31,066 nucleotides of DNA from a virus (lineage: Duplodnaviria > Heunggongvirae > Uroviricota > Caudoviricetes), in the IMG/VR virus record IMGVR_UViG_2690316153_000021. The stretch is one strand, 5' to 3'. This document shows, in pieces, positions 1 to 8,167 of this stretch (position 1 is its first letter; the number at the start of each line of letters is the position of its first letter). The position numbers and the translations under genes were made by a program. Under the pieces are notes generated by a model, which was given only the letters and a program-made list of their open reading frames with translations, was not told the DNA's origin and made no database searches.

Positions 1-996
1 TTATGGACGCATTATGGACATTCCTGACACCGGGTTAAGAGTCACTGCATCTTGTAAGAAATCCGGTGCAAAGTGTGCGTAGGTCATAGTTTGCTGAATG
101 TTAGAATGACCCAGGATGCGCTGCAATGTGATTATGTTACCTCCATTCATTATAAAATGTGTGGCAAATGTATGCCTCAAAACATGCACTGCCTGTCCGT
201 CAGGTAAATCGGGTTTTACTTCCCTGAGAGCGTTGCGCACTTTGTAGTAACTGGCATTAAAAAGCCTGCCTGAATTTTTGGTCTTGATCCGTTTAATCAG
301 GTCCTGCGAAACGGGAATTGTCCTGCGCTTTCCGTTTTTAGTTTTCATAAACGTAACCATCTGGTTAATGATGTGTTCAGCTTTTAAATTAGACACTTCA
401 CTCCAACGTCCACCAGTAGAAAGGCAGACCAGCGTTGCATTTAATTCATCGCCATCAAGCATGGATAACAGCCGCGTAATCTCTTCACTGGACAAAAAAG
501 CCATTTCCGTAACAGCTTCACGTAACCGCTTAACCTCACGGAACGGGTTGTGAGAGTGGTATTCACCGGCGTCAATTAACTTGGTGAACATCCCGCTCAT
601 TATTGCCAGATGCCGATTTACGCTGGCTGGTTTTAGACCATCGTTCATCATTACAACGCGATAATCAGTTATCGTTTTCTTTGTTAGCTGGTCTGCTCTG
701 GACACTCCCATTTCTGCAAATTTGGCGATTATTGTCGTTAAACGCCCTCGTTCAATATCTCCACGCTCATGTGATTTTCCGTGATATATCCACCATCTGC
801 CTAACAACTCTGTAAGAGTTCGGCGGTCGGCTGGCTTCTCTAACCACTCTTTGTTGTGGTAATTAACCAGCACATGACGTTCGAATGCCTGAGCTTCACC
901 TTTAGTTTTAAATTTCCGCCTGATACGTTTTCCATCTGCACCCTGCGGTCTGACGTCCACTTCATAACGACCATCATCGAGCTTTTTAATAGACAT
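1..996 (-). CDS. int: Phage integrase, tyrosine recombinase (P2 Int-like)
   Basis: 331-aa ORF; C-terminal region carries the tyrosine recombinase catalytic signature (HVLRHTFATH ... LGHSNIQQTMTYAHF); sits next to the repressor gene at the prophage left end as in P2. Window begins exactly at its stop codon. Confidence 0.9.
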   Translation of the reverse strand: MSIKKLDDGRYEVDVRPQGADGKRIRRKFKTKGEAQAFERHVLVNYHNKEWLEKPADRRTLTELLGRWWIYHGKSHERGDIERGRLTTIIAKFAEMGVSRADQLTKKTITDYRVVMMNDGLKPASVNRHLAIMSGMFTKLIDAGEYHSHNPFREVKRLREAVTEMAFLSSEEITRLLSMLDGDELNATLVCLSTGGRWSEVSNLKAEHIINQMVTFMKTKNGKRRTIPVSQDLIKRIKTKNSGRLFNASYYKVRNALREVKPDLPDGQAVHVLRHTFATHFIMNGGNIITLQRILGHSNIQQTMTYAHFAPDFLQDAVTLNPVSGMSIMRP

Positions 997-1089
997 AAAG
1001 CCCTCCGATGACGCTGTTTACTTCTACTACTTGAAAATTAATGCAATTTTCTTTCGTACATTTACTGCACACATATGCTGAATAAATCG

Positions 1090-1389
1090 TCAGCCAGTCT
1101 TTTGGTCTGAGTGGTGCAAGATTGTTGAGTCTTGCCCAATGTGTGCGAGAGCCGGGGCTATTTGTCCAGCTGCTGGATCAGTTTCATCAAACATGAACCA
1201 GTCACGGTATTTTCTGAACCTTTCTACTTTAAAAAACTTCTTAGCATTTTCTAGGGACATCATAGCCTTACCTGATTCATAACCTGCATATGTGGTGTAG
1301 TTGATGCCAGCTAGTTCAGCTACCTCCTTCATTTTCAGACGTTCAGACTCACGGATAAGCTTCAAACGTTCGCTAGTGTCAGTTGACAT
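1090..1389 (-). CDS. C: Immunity repressor, Xre-type HTH (P2 C-like)
   Basis: ORF track gives 1090..1440; likely start is the ATG at 1387-1389 (MSTDTSERLK...), giving 99 aa as in P2 C. HTH segment (LKMKEVAELAGINYTTYAGYESG) and C-terminal QIAPALAH...GQKTG resemble P2 C as I recall it. Same strand as int, divergent from cox. Confidence 0.8.
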   Translation of the reverse strand: MSTDTSERLKLIRESERLKMKEVAELAGINYTTYAGYESGKAMMSLENAKKFFKVERFRKYRDWFMFDETDPAAGQIAPALAHIGQDSTILHHSDQKTG

Positions 1390-1451
1390 AAATTCTCTAA
1401 CCTCGTATTCTTTTGCATAGTTGATATGATTTATCAGCATCTAACGACTCT

Positions 1452-1469
1452 AAATCGCTCTAGATCGCT
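1452..1469. promoter_or_regulatory. Candidate immunity operator: two 8-bp direct repeats (aaATCGCT / agATCGCT) 10 bp apart in the C-cox divergent region
   Basis: Direct repeat read from sequence at 1452-1459 and 1462-1469 in the 103-bp gap between the divergent repressor and cox genes. P2 C repressor is known to bind direct (not inverted) repeats; assignment here is inferential. Confidence 0.4.
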
Positions 1470-1492
1470 GACATCAATGTGAGGATAGCAAA

Positions 1493-1849
1493 ATGAATGT
1501 CGGATCTGAAATTTGTGACGAGAAAAGACAAGAAGTTTCTGCTCTTAAAAAAAACAAGCGTGATTCCATTAAGTTGGCTGCGGATCCGTCAGATTTACTG
1601 TCGAAAGAGGGTTTTGCTCTTTACATCGGTAAGACTCCTCGTGCGGTGGCTGAAATGGCACGAGCTGGAAAGCTGCCAGCATTCTATATGACAGACCCGT
1701 TAAAGCCGGGCGGTCATGCTGAGTTATGGATTAATCGTCGTGAGTGGGACAAATATGCAGCTCAACTAGTCGATGAAGCTCCGACAGAATGGCATGACTG
1801 GAAGAATCGCATAAGTTACAGCAAATCCAGACATGGCCACGCGGCCTAA
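1493..1849 (+). CDS. cox: Cox-like excisionase / early transcription regulator
   Basis: First gene of rightward early operon, divergent from C; SD gagga upstream of ATG; internal segment (GKLPAFYMTDPLKPGGHAELW) resembles P2 Cox. 118 aa, longer than P2 Cox (91 aa). Confidence 0.65.
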   Translation: MNVGSEICDEKRQEVSALKKNKRDSIKLAADPSDLLSKEGFALYIGKTPRAVAEMARAGKLPAFYMTDPLKPGGHAELWINRREWDKYAAQLVDEAPTEWHDWKNRISYSKSRHGHAA

Positions 1850-1859
1850 GGAGGTAATT

Positions 1860-2048
1860 ATGGGAAAACAACAGAGTGTTATTGCAGCAGATAACGAGGC
1901 ATTAACGCCACAAGAAATGCTGGATTTGTCGGTGAGGGCTGGTGACTTTCTGAAACAAGAAGCCGGACGTTTAGGTAAGCAATTGTCCGGCAGAGAAATT
2001 AGCTGTATCGCGGGAATTTTAGATTTTCTTTACCAGCACGAGAAATAA
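1860..2048 (+). CDS. Small early-operon protein, unknown function
   Basis: ORF track 1833..2048; ATG at 1860 is preceded by a GGAGG Shine-Dalgarno; 62 aa. Confidence 0.5.
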   Translation: MGKQQSVIAADNEALTPQEMLDLSVRAGDFLKQEAGRLGKQLSGREISCIAGILDFLYQHEK

Positions 2049-2225
2049 TTATTTTTTCCCAAGTTTTTCTTCGAGCTTTCGTTCAAGAACTGGGTAAACA
2101 GCATCAAACAACCGCTCGATGCGTACCTCTACAGGGAGAGGCATTCTTGATTGTTCAGTAAGTGCTCCACCGATGACTGAACAGGTCTGCTCAAAAAGAA
2201 ACTTGGTTTTTTCTAAATCATTCAT
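2049..2225 (-). CDS. Small protein (58 aa) on the opposite strand inside the early operon, unknown function
   Basis: ORF track 2049..2291; internal ATG at 2223-2225 (minus strand) is preceded by an AAGGA Shine-Dalgarno (reverse complement reads acaaggaataacgacATG). Converges tail-to-tail with the 1860..2048 gene with no spacer. Confidence 0.4.
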   Translation of the reverse strand: MNDLEKTKFLFEQTCSVIGGALTEQSRMPLPVEVRIERLFDAVYPVLERKLEEKLGKK

Positions 2226-2342
2226 GTCGTTATTCCTTGTGTTACGAACTACTTGCTTACATTTGGAGTGAAAGCAATTGGATAGTACCACAAGACCATG
2301 CGCCGGACATGGCTAAAAACCGGCTCTGTTTCAGGAGGAGTT

Positions 2343-2513
2343 ATGCAGGAACCTCGTTGTATTGCTCAGTTATTGCGTAACGAAAGCCCCAGGGCGATTG
2401 ACTTCACCATCACCCACGGGAAGGGACGCAAGGGAATCATTATCCGCACCAAAAAACAGAGTCTGTTAAAAAAGGCTCTGACCTTTCTGAAAAGCCGGAG
2501 GGTCTGGAAATGA
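2343..2513 (+). CDS. Small early-operon protein, unknown function
   Basis: ORF track 2298..2513; ATG at 2343 preceded by AGGAGG; stop overlaps the start of B (translational coupling). Confidence 0.45.
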   Translation: MQEPRCIAQLLRNESPRAIDFTITHGKGRKGIIIRTKKQSLLKKALTFLKSRRVWK

Positions 2514-3010
2514 CAGTGATGACGCTCAATCTCGTTGAAAAACAGCCAGCAGCTATGCGCCGGATAATTGGCAAGCATCTTGCCGTCCCTCGCTGGCAGG
2601 ATACATGTGATTATTATAATCAGATGATGGAGCGCGAACGGCTAACGGTTTGCTTTCATGCGCAGTTAAAGCAGCGTCACGCAACGATGCGTTTTGAAGA
2701 AATGAACGACGTCGAACGTGAACGGCTGGTTTGTGCAATTGATGAATTGCGTGGGGCATTCTCAAAACGCCGTCAGGTTGGCGCAAGTGAGTATGCATAT
2801 ATTAGTTTTTTAACTGTCAGTCAGCGTCGCACTTTATTTATGCATGCCGGATTGACTGAAAAAGAATTCAACCAGCCATACTGGCGAATTAATGAAGAGT
2901 CATGTTACTGGCGTGATGCTTTATTCCGTGCATTACGTGAATTATTCAGTCTGTTTGAATATGCACCGACAATTCTGACGTCGGTAAAACCAGAGCAATA
3001 TCTGCATTAA
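2510..3010 (+). CDS. B: Replication protein B-like (helicase-loader role in P2)
   Basis: 166 aa, identical length to P2 gpB; position between cox and A; no recognisable catalytic motif, so assignment is by synteny and size. Confidence 0.7.
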   Translation: MTVMTLNLVEKQPAAMRRIIGKHLAVPRWQDTCDYYNQMMERERLTVCFHAQLKQRHATMRFEEMNDVERERLVCAIDELRGAFSKRRQVGASEYAYISFLTVSQRRTLFMHAGLTEKEFNQPYWRINEESCYWRDALFRALRELFSLFEYAPTILTSVKPEQYLH

Positions 3011-3141
3011 GTAATTAACCAAAGTTTTTAACGCACTTAATCGTGCGGGGCTTCTTTTTGCCTGGAGATAGTCGAGTTGCTCAGTCAGGAGTCTGCCAAA
3101 TTCCATAATCTAGGACTCAATAAATAACAGGGAAGTTGGAG

Positions 3142-3387
3142 ATGACAAATACAAAATGGTTCAGGAAACGCTTAACAGATTATCAACTTTCATTACTTAA
3201 AAAATTAGATGACAAGACTCCACTACATCCTTCAAGCGATGTCTTCCGCTCCTGTCCTAGTCGTGTGGAAAAAGCATTTATAGCAATGGGGAAATGGGGG
3301 CTTGTGACCAAATCAAGAGAAGGTTTCTGTATTACCGATAATGGCCGGGAAATGATTGATTCTGCGGAGAGGGCATATAGCGAATGA
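3142..3387 (+). CDS. Hypothetical early protein
   Basis: ORF track starts at a TTG (3136); ATG at 3142 with GGAG upstream is more likely. Stop overlaps the next start (ATGA). Confidence 0.5.
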   Translation: MTNTKWFRKRLTDYQLSLLKKLDDKTPLHPSSDVFRSCPSRVEKAFIAMGKWGLVTKSREGFCITDNGREMIDSAERAYSE

Positions 3388-3671
3388 AAAATATATTGCT
3401 TAATAACTGGCTGAAGATTTCAGTCATGAAAAATGGTGATTTGTCGCTAGCTGATATTAAACGCGATAAAAACACTGGGGATATGGTGGAATCAACTATA
3501 GCCATTTATGCGGATAAATTAAATCTCCTGTCTGATGTGGTCAATTTACTTGTTAAACGCGCTGTATTTCATAAGCAAATTTCATCCGTGGATGAACTGA
3601 CGAAATTAATGACAGAAATCGCCAGCTATTGCGCTGATGAATTTAAGAAACTGAACGATAAAAGGAGCTGA
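3384..3671 (+). CDS. Hypothetical early protein
   Basis: 95-aa ORF translationally coupled to its neighbours; no recognisable motifs. Confidence 0.5.
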   Translation: MKNILLNNWLKISVMKNGDLSLADIKRDKNTGDMVESTIAIYADKLNLLSDVVNLLVKRAVFHKQISSVDELTKLMTEIASYCADEFKKLNDKRS

Positions 3672-3673
3672 TA

Positions 3674-3898
3674 ATGCCGGACAACGTAGATTTTATTCAG
3701 GAACAACAGGCTGAATTACTGGAGCGCCAGATTAACGCGGCAAGGGTAAAACATTGCGGTGTTTCTGCGTTGGTTTGCGAAGAGTGTGATGCGCTAATAC
3801 CTGCTGCCCGTCGTGCGGCTTATCCGTCAGCCACGCGTTGTGTTTCCTGTCAGTCAGTCTTTGAAGCAAAAAACAAACATTACCGGAGAATGGCATGA
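3674..3898 (+). CDS. DksA/TraR-type C4 zinc-finger protein (P2 orf82-like)
   Basis: 74 aa with CxxC...CxxC arrangement (CEECDALIP...RCVSCQ) typical of the TraR/DksA zinc-finger family; AAGGAG SD upstream. Confidence 0.65.
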   Translation: MPDNVDFIQEQQAELLERQINAARVKHCGVSALVCEECDALIPAARRAAYPSATRCVSCQSVFEAKNKHYRRMA

Positions 3899-4170
3899 GC
3901 ATTCGTATTGAAATTGGCGAACGTTATGTGGTTACCAGTGACAGCTTCCAGTTTATTCTCCACGAGAAAAAGAGAGCGGAAAGCGGTAAAAACGCCGGTC
4001 AGGAGTGGCTGGCGGTGGTTGGTTATTACCCGAAATTAAGCCAGCTCGTTTCCGGCCTGATGCATCACGATATTCTGACCGGAAGCGCAAAGTCTTTTGC
4101 TGATTTAAACGCGCAGGTTGAGCAACTCAGCAAGCGTTGTTCTGAGGCTTTTGGCTCATATGGCCGTTAA
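3895..4170 (+). CDS. Hypothetical early protein (P2 orf83 position)
   Basis: 91-aa ORF, start overlaps previous stop (ATGA); immediately upstream of and overlapping A. Confidence 0.5.
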   Translation: MSIRIEIGERYVVTSDSFQFILHEKKRAESGKNAGQEWLAVVGYYPKLSQLVSGLMHHDILTGSAKSFADLNAQVEQLSKRCSEAFGSYGR

Positions 4171-6445
4171 AGCCTCCGGGCGTTTTGTCCCTCCGTCAGC
4201 ATTTGCCGCAGGCACCGGTAAGGCGTTTACTGGTGCTTATGCATGGAACGCGCCACGCGAGGCTGTCGGGCGCGAAAGACCCCTTACACGTGACGAGATG
4301 CGTCAGGTGCAAGGTGTTTTATCCACGATTAACCGCCTGCCTTACTTTTTGCGCTCGCTGTTTACTTCACGCTATGACTACATCCGGCGCAATAAAAGTC
4401 CGGTACACGGGTTTTATTTCCTCACATCCACTTTTCAGCGTCGTTTATGGCCGCGCATTGAGCGCGTGAATCAGCGCCATGAAATGAACACCGACGCGTC
4501 GTTGCTGTTTCTGGCAGAGCGTGACCACTATGCGCGCCTGCCTGGAATGAATGACAAGGAGCTGAAAAAGTTTGCCGCCCGTATCTCATCGCAGCTTTTC
4601 ATGATGTATGAGGAACTCTGCGATGCATGGGTTGATGCGCATGGTGAAAAAGAATCGCTGTTTACGGATGAGGCGCAGGCACATCTGTATGGTCATGTTG
4701 CTGGCGCTGCACGTGCTTTCAATATTTCCCCGCTCTACTGGAAAAAATACCGTAAAGGACAGATGACCACGAGGCAGGCATATTCTGCCATTGCCCGCCT
4801 GTTTAACGATGAGTGGTGGATTAGTCAGCTTAAAGGCCAGCGTATGCGCTGGCATGAAGCGTTACTGATAGCTGTCGGGGAGGTCAATAAAGACCGTTCT
4901 CCTTATGCCAGTAAACACGCCATTCGTGATGTGCGTGCGCGCCGCCAGGCAAATCTGGAATTTCTTAAATCGTGTGACCTTGAAAACAGGGAAACCGGCG
5001 AGCGCATCGACCTTATCAGTAAGGTGATGGGCAGTATTTCTAATCCTGAAATTCGCCGGATGGAGCTGATGAACACCATTGCCGGTATTGAGCGTTACGC
5101 CGCTGCAGAGGGTGATGTGGGGATGTTTATCACGCTGACCGCGCCGTCAAAGTATCACCCGACACGTCAGGTAGGAAAAGGCGAAAGTAAAACCGTGCAG
5201 CTTAATCACGGCTGGAACGATGAGGCATTTAATCCAAAGGATGCGCAGCGTTATCTCTGCCGTATCTGGAGCCTGATGCGCACGGCATTCAAGGATAATG
5301 ATTTACAGGTCTACGGTTTGCGTGTCGTCGAGCCACACCACGACGGAACGCCGCACTGGCATATGATGCTTTTTTGTAATTCACGCCAGCGTAACCAGAT
5401 TATCGAAATCATGCGTCGCTATGCGCTCAAAGAGGATGGCGACGAAAGAGGAGCCGCGCGAAACCGTTTTCAGGCAAAACACCTTAACCGGGGCGGTGCT
5501 GCGGGATATATCGCGAAATACATTTCAAAAAACATCGACGGCTATGCACTGGATGGTCAGCTCGATAACGACACCGGCAGGCCGCTGAAAGACACTGCAG
5601 CGGCTGTTACCGCATGGGCGTCAACGTGGCGCATCCCGCAATTTAAAACGGTTGGCCTGCCGACAATGGGGGCTTACCGTGAACTACGCAAATTGCCGCG
5701 CGGCGTCAGCATTGCTGATGAGTTTGACGAGCGCGTCGAGGCTGCACGCGCCGCCGCAGACAGTGGTGATTTTGCGTTGTATATCAGCGCGCAGGGTGGG
5801 GCAAATGTCCCGCGCGATTGTCAGACTGTCAGGGTCGCCCGTAGCCCGTCGGATGACGTTAACGAGTACGAGGAAGAAGTCGAGAGAGTGGTCGGCATTT
5901 ACGCGCCGCATCTCGGCGCGCGTCATATTCATATCACCAGAACGACGGACTGGCGCATTGTTCCGAAAGTTCCGGTCGTTGAGCCTTTGACTTTAAAAAG
6001 CGGCATCGCCGCGCCTCGGAGTCCTGTCAATAACTGTGGAAAGCTCACCGGTGGTGATGCTTCGTTACCGGCTCCCACACCTTCTGAGCACGCCGCAGCA
6101 GTGCTTAATCTGGTTGATGACGGTGTTATCGAATGGAATGACCCGGAGGTCGTGAGGGCGCTCAGAAGCGCATTAAAACACGGTCTGAGAAGACCAAACC
6201 GTCAGCAAAGAAACGGAAACCCGTTAAAACCGCATGAAATAGCGCCATCGGCCAGACTGACCCGGTCAGAACGATTGCAAATTACCCGTATCCGCGTTGA
6301 CCTCGCTCAGAACGGTATCAGGCCGCAACGATGGGAGCTTGAGGCGCTGGTGCGTGGCGCGACCGTAAATTATGACGGGAAAAAATTCACGTATCCGGTC
6401 GCTGATGAGTGGCCGGGATTCTCAACAGTAATGGAGTGGACATGA
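4160..6445 (+). CDS. A: Rolling-circle replication initiator endonuclease A
   Basis: ORF track 4118..6445; ATG at 4160 (MAVKASGRFV...) gives 761 aa, the P2 gpA length. Contains the HUH-type metal-binding motif (HWHMMLF) and catalytic tyrosine motif (YIAKYISK) of rolling-circle initiators. Confidence 0.9.
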   Translation: MAVKASGRFVPPSAFAAGTGKAFTGAYAWNAPREAVGRERPLTRDEMRQVQGVLSTINRLPYFLRSLFTSRYDYIRRNKSPVHGFYFLTSTFQRRLWPRIERVNQRHEMNTDASLLFLAERDHYARLPGMNDKELKKFAARISSQLFMMYEELCDAWVDAHGEKESLFTDEAQAHLYGHVAGAARAFNISPLYWKKYRKGQMTTRQAYSAIARLFNDEWWISQLKGQRMRWHEALLIAVGEVNKDRSPYASKHAIRDVRARRQANLEFLKSCDLENRETGERIDLISKVMGSISNPEIRRMELMNTIAGIERYAAAEGDVGMFITLTAPSKYHPTRQVGKGESKTVQLNHGWNDEAFNPKDAQRYLCRIWSLMRTAFKDNDLQVYGLRVVEPHHDGTPHWHMMLFCNSRQRNQIIEIMRRYALKEDGDERGAARNRFQAKHLNRGGAAGYIAKYISKNIDGYALDGQLDNDTGRPLKDTAAAVTAWASTWRIPQFKTVGLPTMGAYRELRKLPRGVSIADEFDERVEAARAAADSGDFALYISAQGGANVPRDCQTVRVARSPSDDVNEYEEEVERVVGIYAPHLGARHIHITRTTDWRIVPKVPVVEPLTLKSGIAAPRSPVNNCGKLTGGDASLPAPTPSEHAAAVLNLVDDGVIEWNDPEVVRALRSALKHGLRRPNRQQRNGNPLKPHEIAPSARLTRSERLQITRIRVDLAQNGIRPQRWELEALVRGATVNYDGKKFTYPVADEWPGFSTVMEWT

Positions 6446-6897
6446 TGGCAAAAATTCACGAGGTAAAGCTGCACGCAAAATATTTCGACCTTGTACTGGA
6501 AGGAAAAAAACGCGCAGAGTTTCGGAAAAATGACCGTAATTATGAGCGCGGGGACACGTTGATTTTGCATGAATGGGTGCAGGGTGTGTTTACGGGGCGA
6601 AAGGTTGAAGCCCGGATAACAGATGTTACTGACCTGTCAGACTGGCTGGAAGATTATGTCTTGCTAAGTATTGAGCTGCTTAATACGGGCGCATATAAGA
6701 TTGTGAACTGGAAAGAACTTAGTGAACGTGGTCTGGTATTCAGAATTAATCATGAAATTATGCATCAGCTCGGCCTTGCTGTTATGTATGAACCAGAGAC
6801 GGGGCTGTCTGGCGGGGCAGTGGTTGCTGCGGATGGGATATGGAACTATTCAGATGAACAGGTGGAGCGTGCAAAGCAAAACGGGTGGCTTGGATAA
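6445..6897 (+). CDS. ASCH/DUF3850-like domain protein with extra C-terminal region
   Basis: Start ATG overlaps the A stop (TGATG). N-terminus (HEVKLHAKYFDLVLEGKKRAEFRKNDRNYERGDTLILHEW) matches my recollection of the DUF3850 / ASCH (PUA-like) signature; C-terminal about 70 aa unassigned. Confidence 0.5.
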   Translation: MAKIHEVKLHAKYFDLVLEGKKRAEFRKNDRNYERGDTLILHEWVQGVFTGRKVEARITDVTDLSDWLEDYVLLSIELLNTGAYKIVNWKELSERGLVFRINHEIMHQLGLAVMYEPETGLSGGAVVAADGIWNYSDEQVERAKQNGWLG

Positions 6898-7103
6898 TGC
6901 ACAGAATACCAGGCGAGATACCGCACCATAAAACTAAAAATATCAAGCTGATGGCTATTGTTCAGCGTTTACAGCGGATTATGGTCAACGAAAATCTGAC
7001 GCCCGATGAGCTGGTCGGGTGTGCCGAAATAGTTCGGGATAATTACGGGCGGCTTAACTATATCGGTCAGTCCAGAGTTGCGCCACCACCACGAAGACGA
7101 TAG
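6897..7103 (+). CDS. Small hypothetical protein (68 aa)
   Basis: ATG overlaps the stop of the preceding gene (TAATG), suggesting translational coupling; otherwise no support. Confidence 0.3.
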   Translation: MHRIPGEIPHHKTKNIKLMAIVQRLQRIMVNENLTPDELVGCAEIVRDNYGRLNYIGQSRVAPPPRRR

Positions 7104-7284
7104 AGAACGCCGCCAGTCGTGAAACTTGTTTTCAGGGCTGGCGGGGTTGAACAACGAGCGTAGCGAGGCGTTAGTTGACAGACATATTTTTACTGCGTTG
7201 GTGCCGGTTTTTGACGGTTGAAAGGAGTTAGGTTGGAGAGCTAACAACTTACAAATATTCAAAAGTAAGCATCCTGTTGCTAAC

Positions 7285-8058
7285 ATGAGGTCGATTTTTT
7301 ATGTGGATGATGCAAAAAGGATAGCTATGGATACTATAATCGCTTTTCTATCACTCGCTTTTTTCGTTGCTTTCTTCATCGGGTTAATCAAGCCATCACT
7401 GGTGCGAATGCCAAACCGCAAACGTGCAAGTGCGGTTTATCTCGGAGGAGGTTTTGTATTGAGCATAATTGGTTCAATACTCTATCCAACAGAAAAAAGC
7501 CAGCCAGTTGATAAAACTGAAACATCAACCGTTGCAGAACATAAAGTCCAAAAAACATTCGAATATGGTGAAAAAACACTCAAGGAATATCGGAACGAGT
7601 CAAAGAAAACACGACACGATATTGTGAATAGTTACATTGATTTTAAGGAAGTTCCAGCCACCGCGTCAGATGCGTTTTATGCCTGCATGAGTGAATATAC
7701 ATTTACCAAAGATGATGAGTTGAAACTCGGTGATGTTCTTGGGTGGTGCTTTAATGATTATGAAAATGACCCGAATTCACTAAACAATAAAATCAATCTT
7801 GATACATTTCAGAGTAATTTTAGTGGTTGGGATGGTTCTTATCGTCCATTGGAAAAACTAATTAAAGATAATATGAACGATGATTCATCTTATAAACATG
7901 TATCAACGGTATATCATCTGGTTTTGAATAAAGACCCGCATGCCATTGTGAAAACCACGTTTCGCGGAACTAATGCTTATGGCGGAGTGGTGAAACAGAC
8001 GATTGCTGCGCGTGTTGATATAAAAACTGGTAAGGTGATATCAATCATAGATAATTGA
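7285..8058 (+). CDS. Accessory (moron) membrane protein: two N-terminal hydrophobic helices plus about 190-aa soluble domain, unknown family
   Basis: 257-aa ORF (an alternative start at ATG 7327 has an AAGGA SD). Hydrophobic segments TIIAFLSLAFFVAFFIGLI and VYLGGGFVLSIIGSILY. Visibly AT-rich relative to the flanking phage genes. Occupies the P2 tin/old slot between A and cos. Followed by a hairpin plus T-tract. Confidence 0.6.
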   Translation: MRSIFYVDDAKRIAMDTIIAFLSLAFFVAFFIGLIKPSLVRMPNRKRASAVYLGGGFVLSIIGSILYPTEKSQPVDKTETSTVAEHKVQKTFEYGEKTLKEYRNESKKTRHDIVNSYIDFKEVPATASDAFYACMSEYTFTKDDELKLGDVLGWCFNDYENDPNSLNNKINLDTFQSNFSGWDGSYRPLEKLIKDNMNDDSSYKHVSTVYHLVLNKDPHAIVKTTFRGTNAYGGVVKQTIAARVDIKTGKVISIIDN

Positions 8059-8067
8059 TATCTTACA

Positions 8068-8107
8068 ATGCCGACGCTGAATATTTAATTGGGTGTCGGC
8101 ATTTTTT
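8068..8107 (+). terminator. Rho-independent terminator-like hairpin after the first cargo gene
   Basis: atgccgac (8068-8075) pairs with gtcggcat (8095-8102), about 19-nt loop, followed by TTTTTT (8102-8107). Confidence 0.55.
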
Positions 8108-8167
8108 GACTATTAGAGCGGCAGAACCGAGATTTGTTGCGTATGAGATTAGCACTGCGAGAATGTT

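Noticed and set aside
4118-4159. ORF-track N-terminal extensions (4118 for A, 12213 for O, 15052 for L, 15552 for X, 30785 for ogr, 1440 for C, 12135 for P)
   Set aside because: Internal ATGs give products of exactly the P2 lengths, often with better SD sequences or stop-start overlaps, so the longer forms are most likely upstream in-frame read-through rather than real starts.
7104-7284. Consensus -35 hexamer TTGACA at 7175-7180 and a stem (7109-7116 / 7138-7144) upstream of cargo gene 1
   Set aside because: No acceptable -10 hexamer at 16-18 bp spacing, and the stem lacks a following U-tract, so I do not call a promoter or terminator, although a promoter is expected somewhere in this interval.
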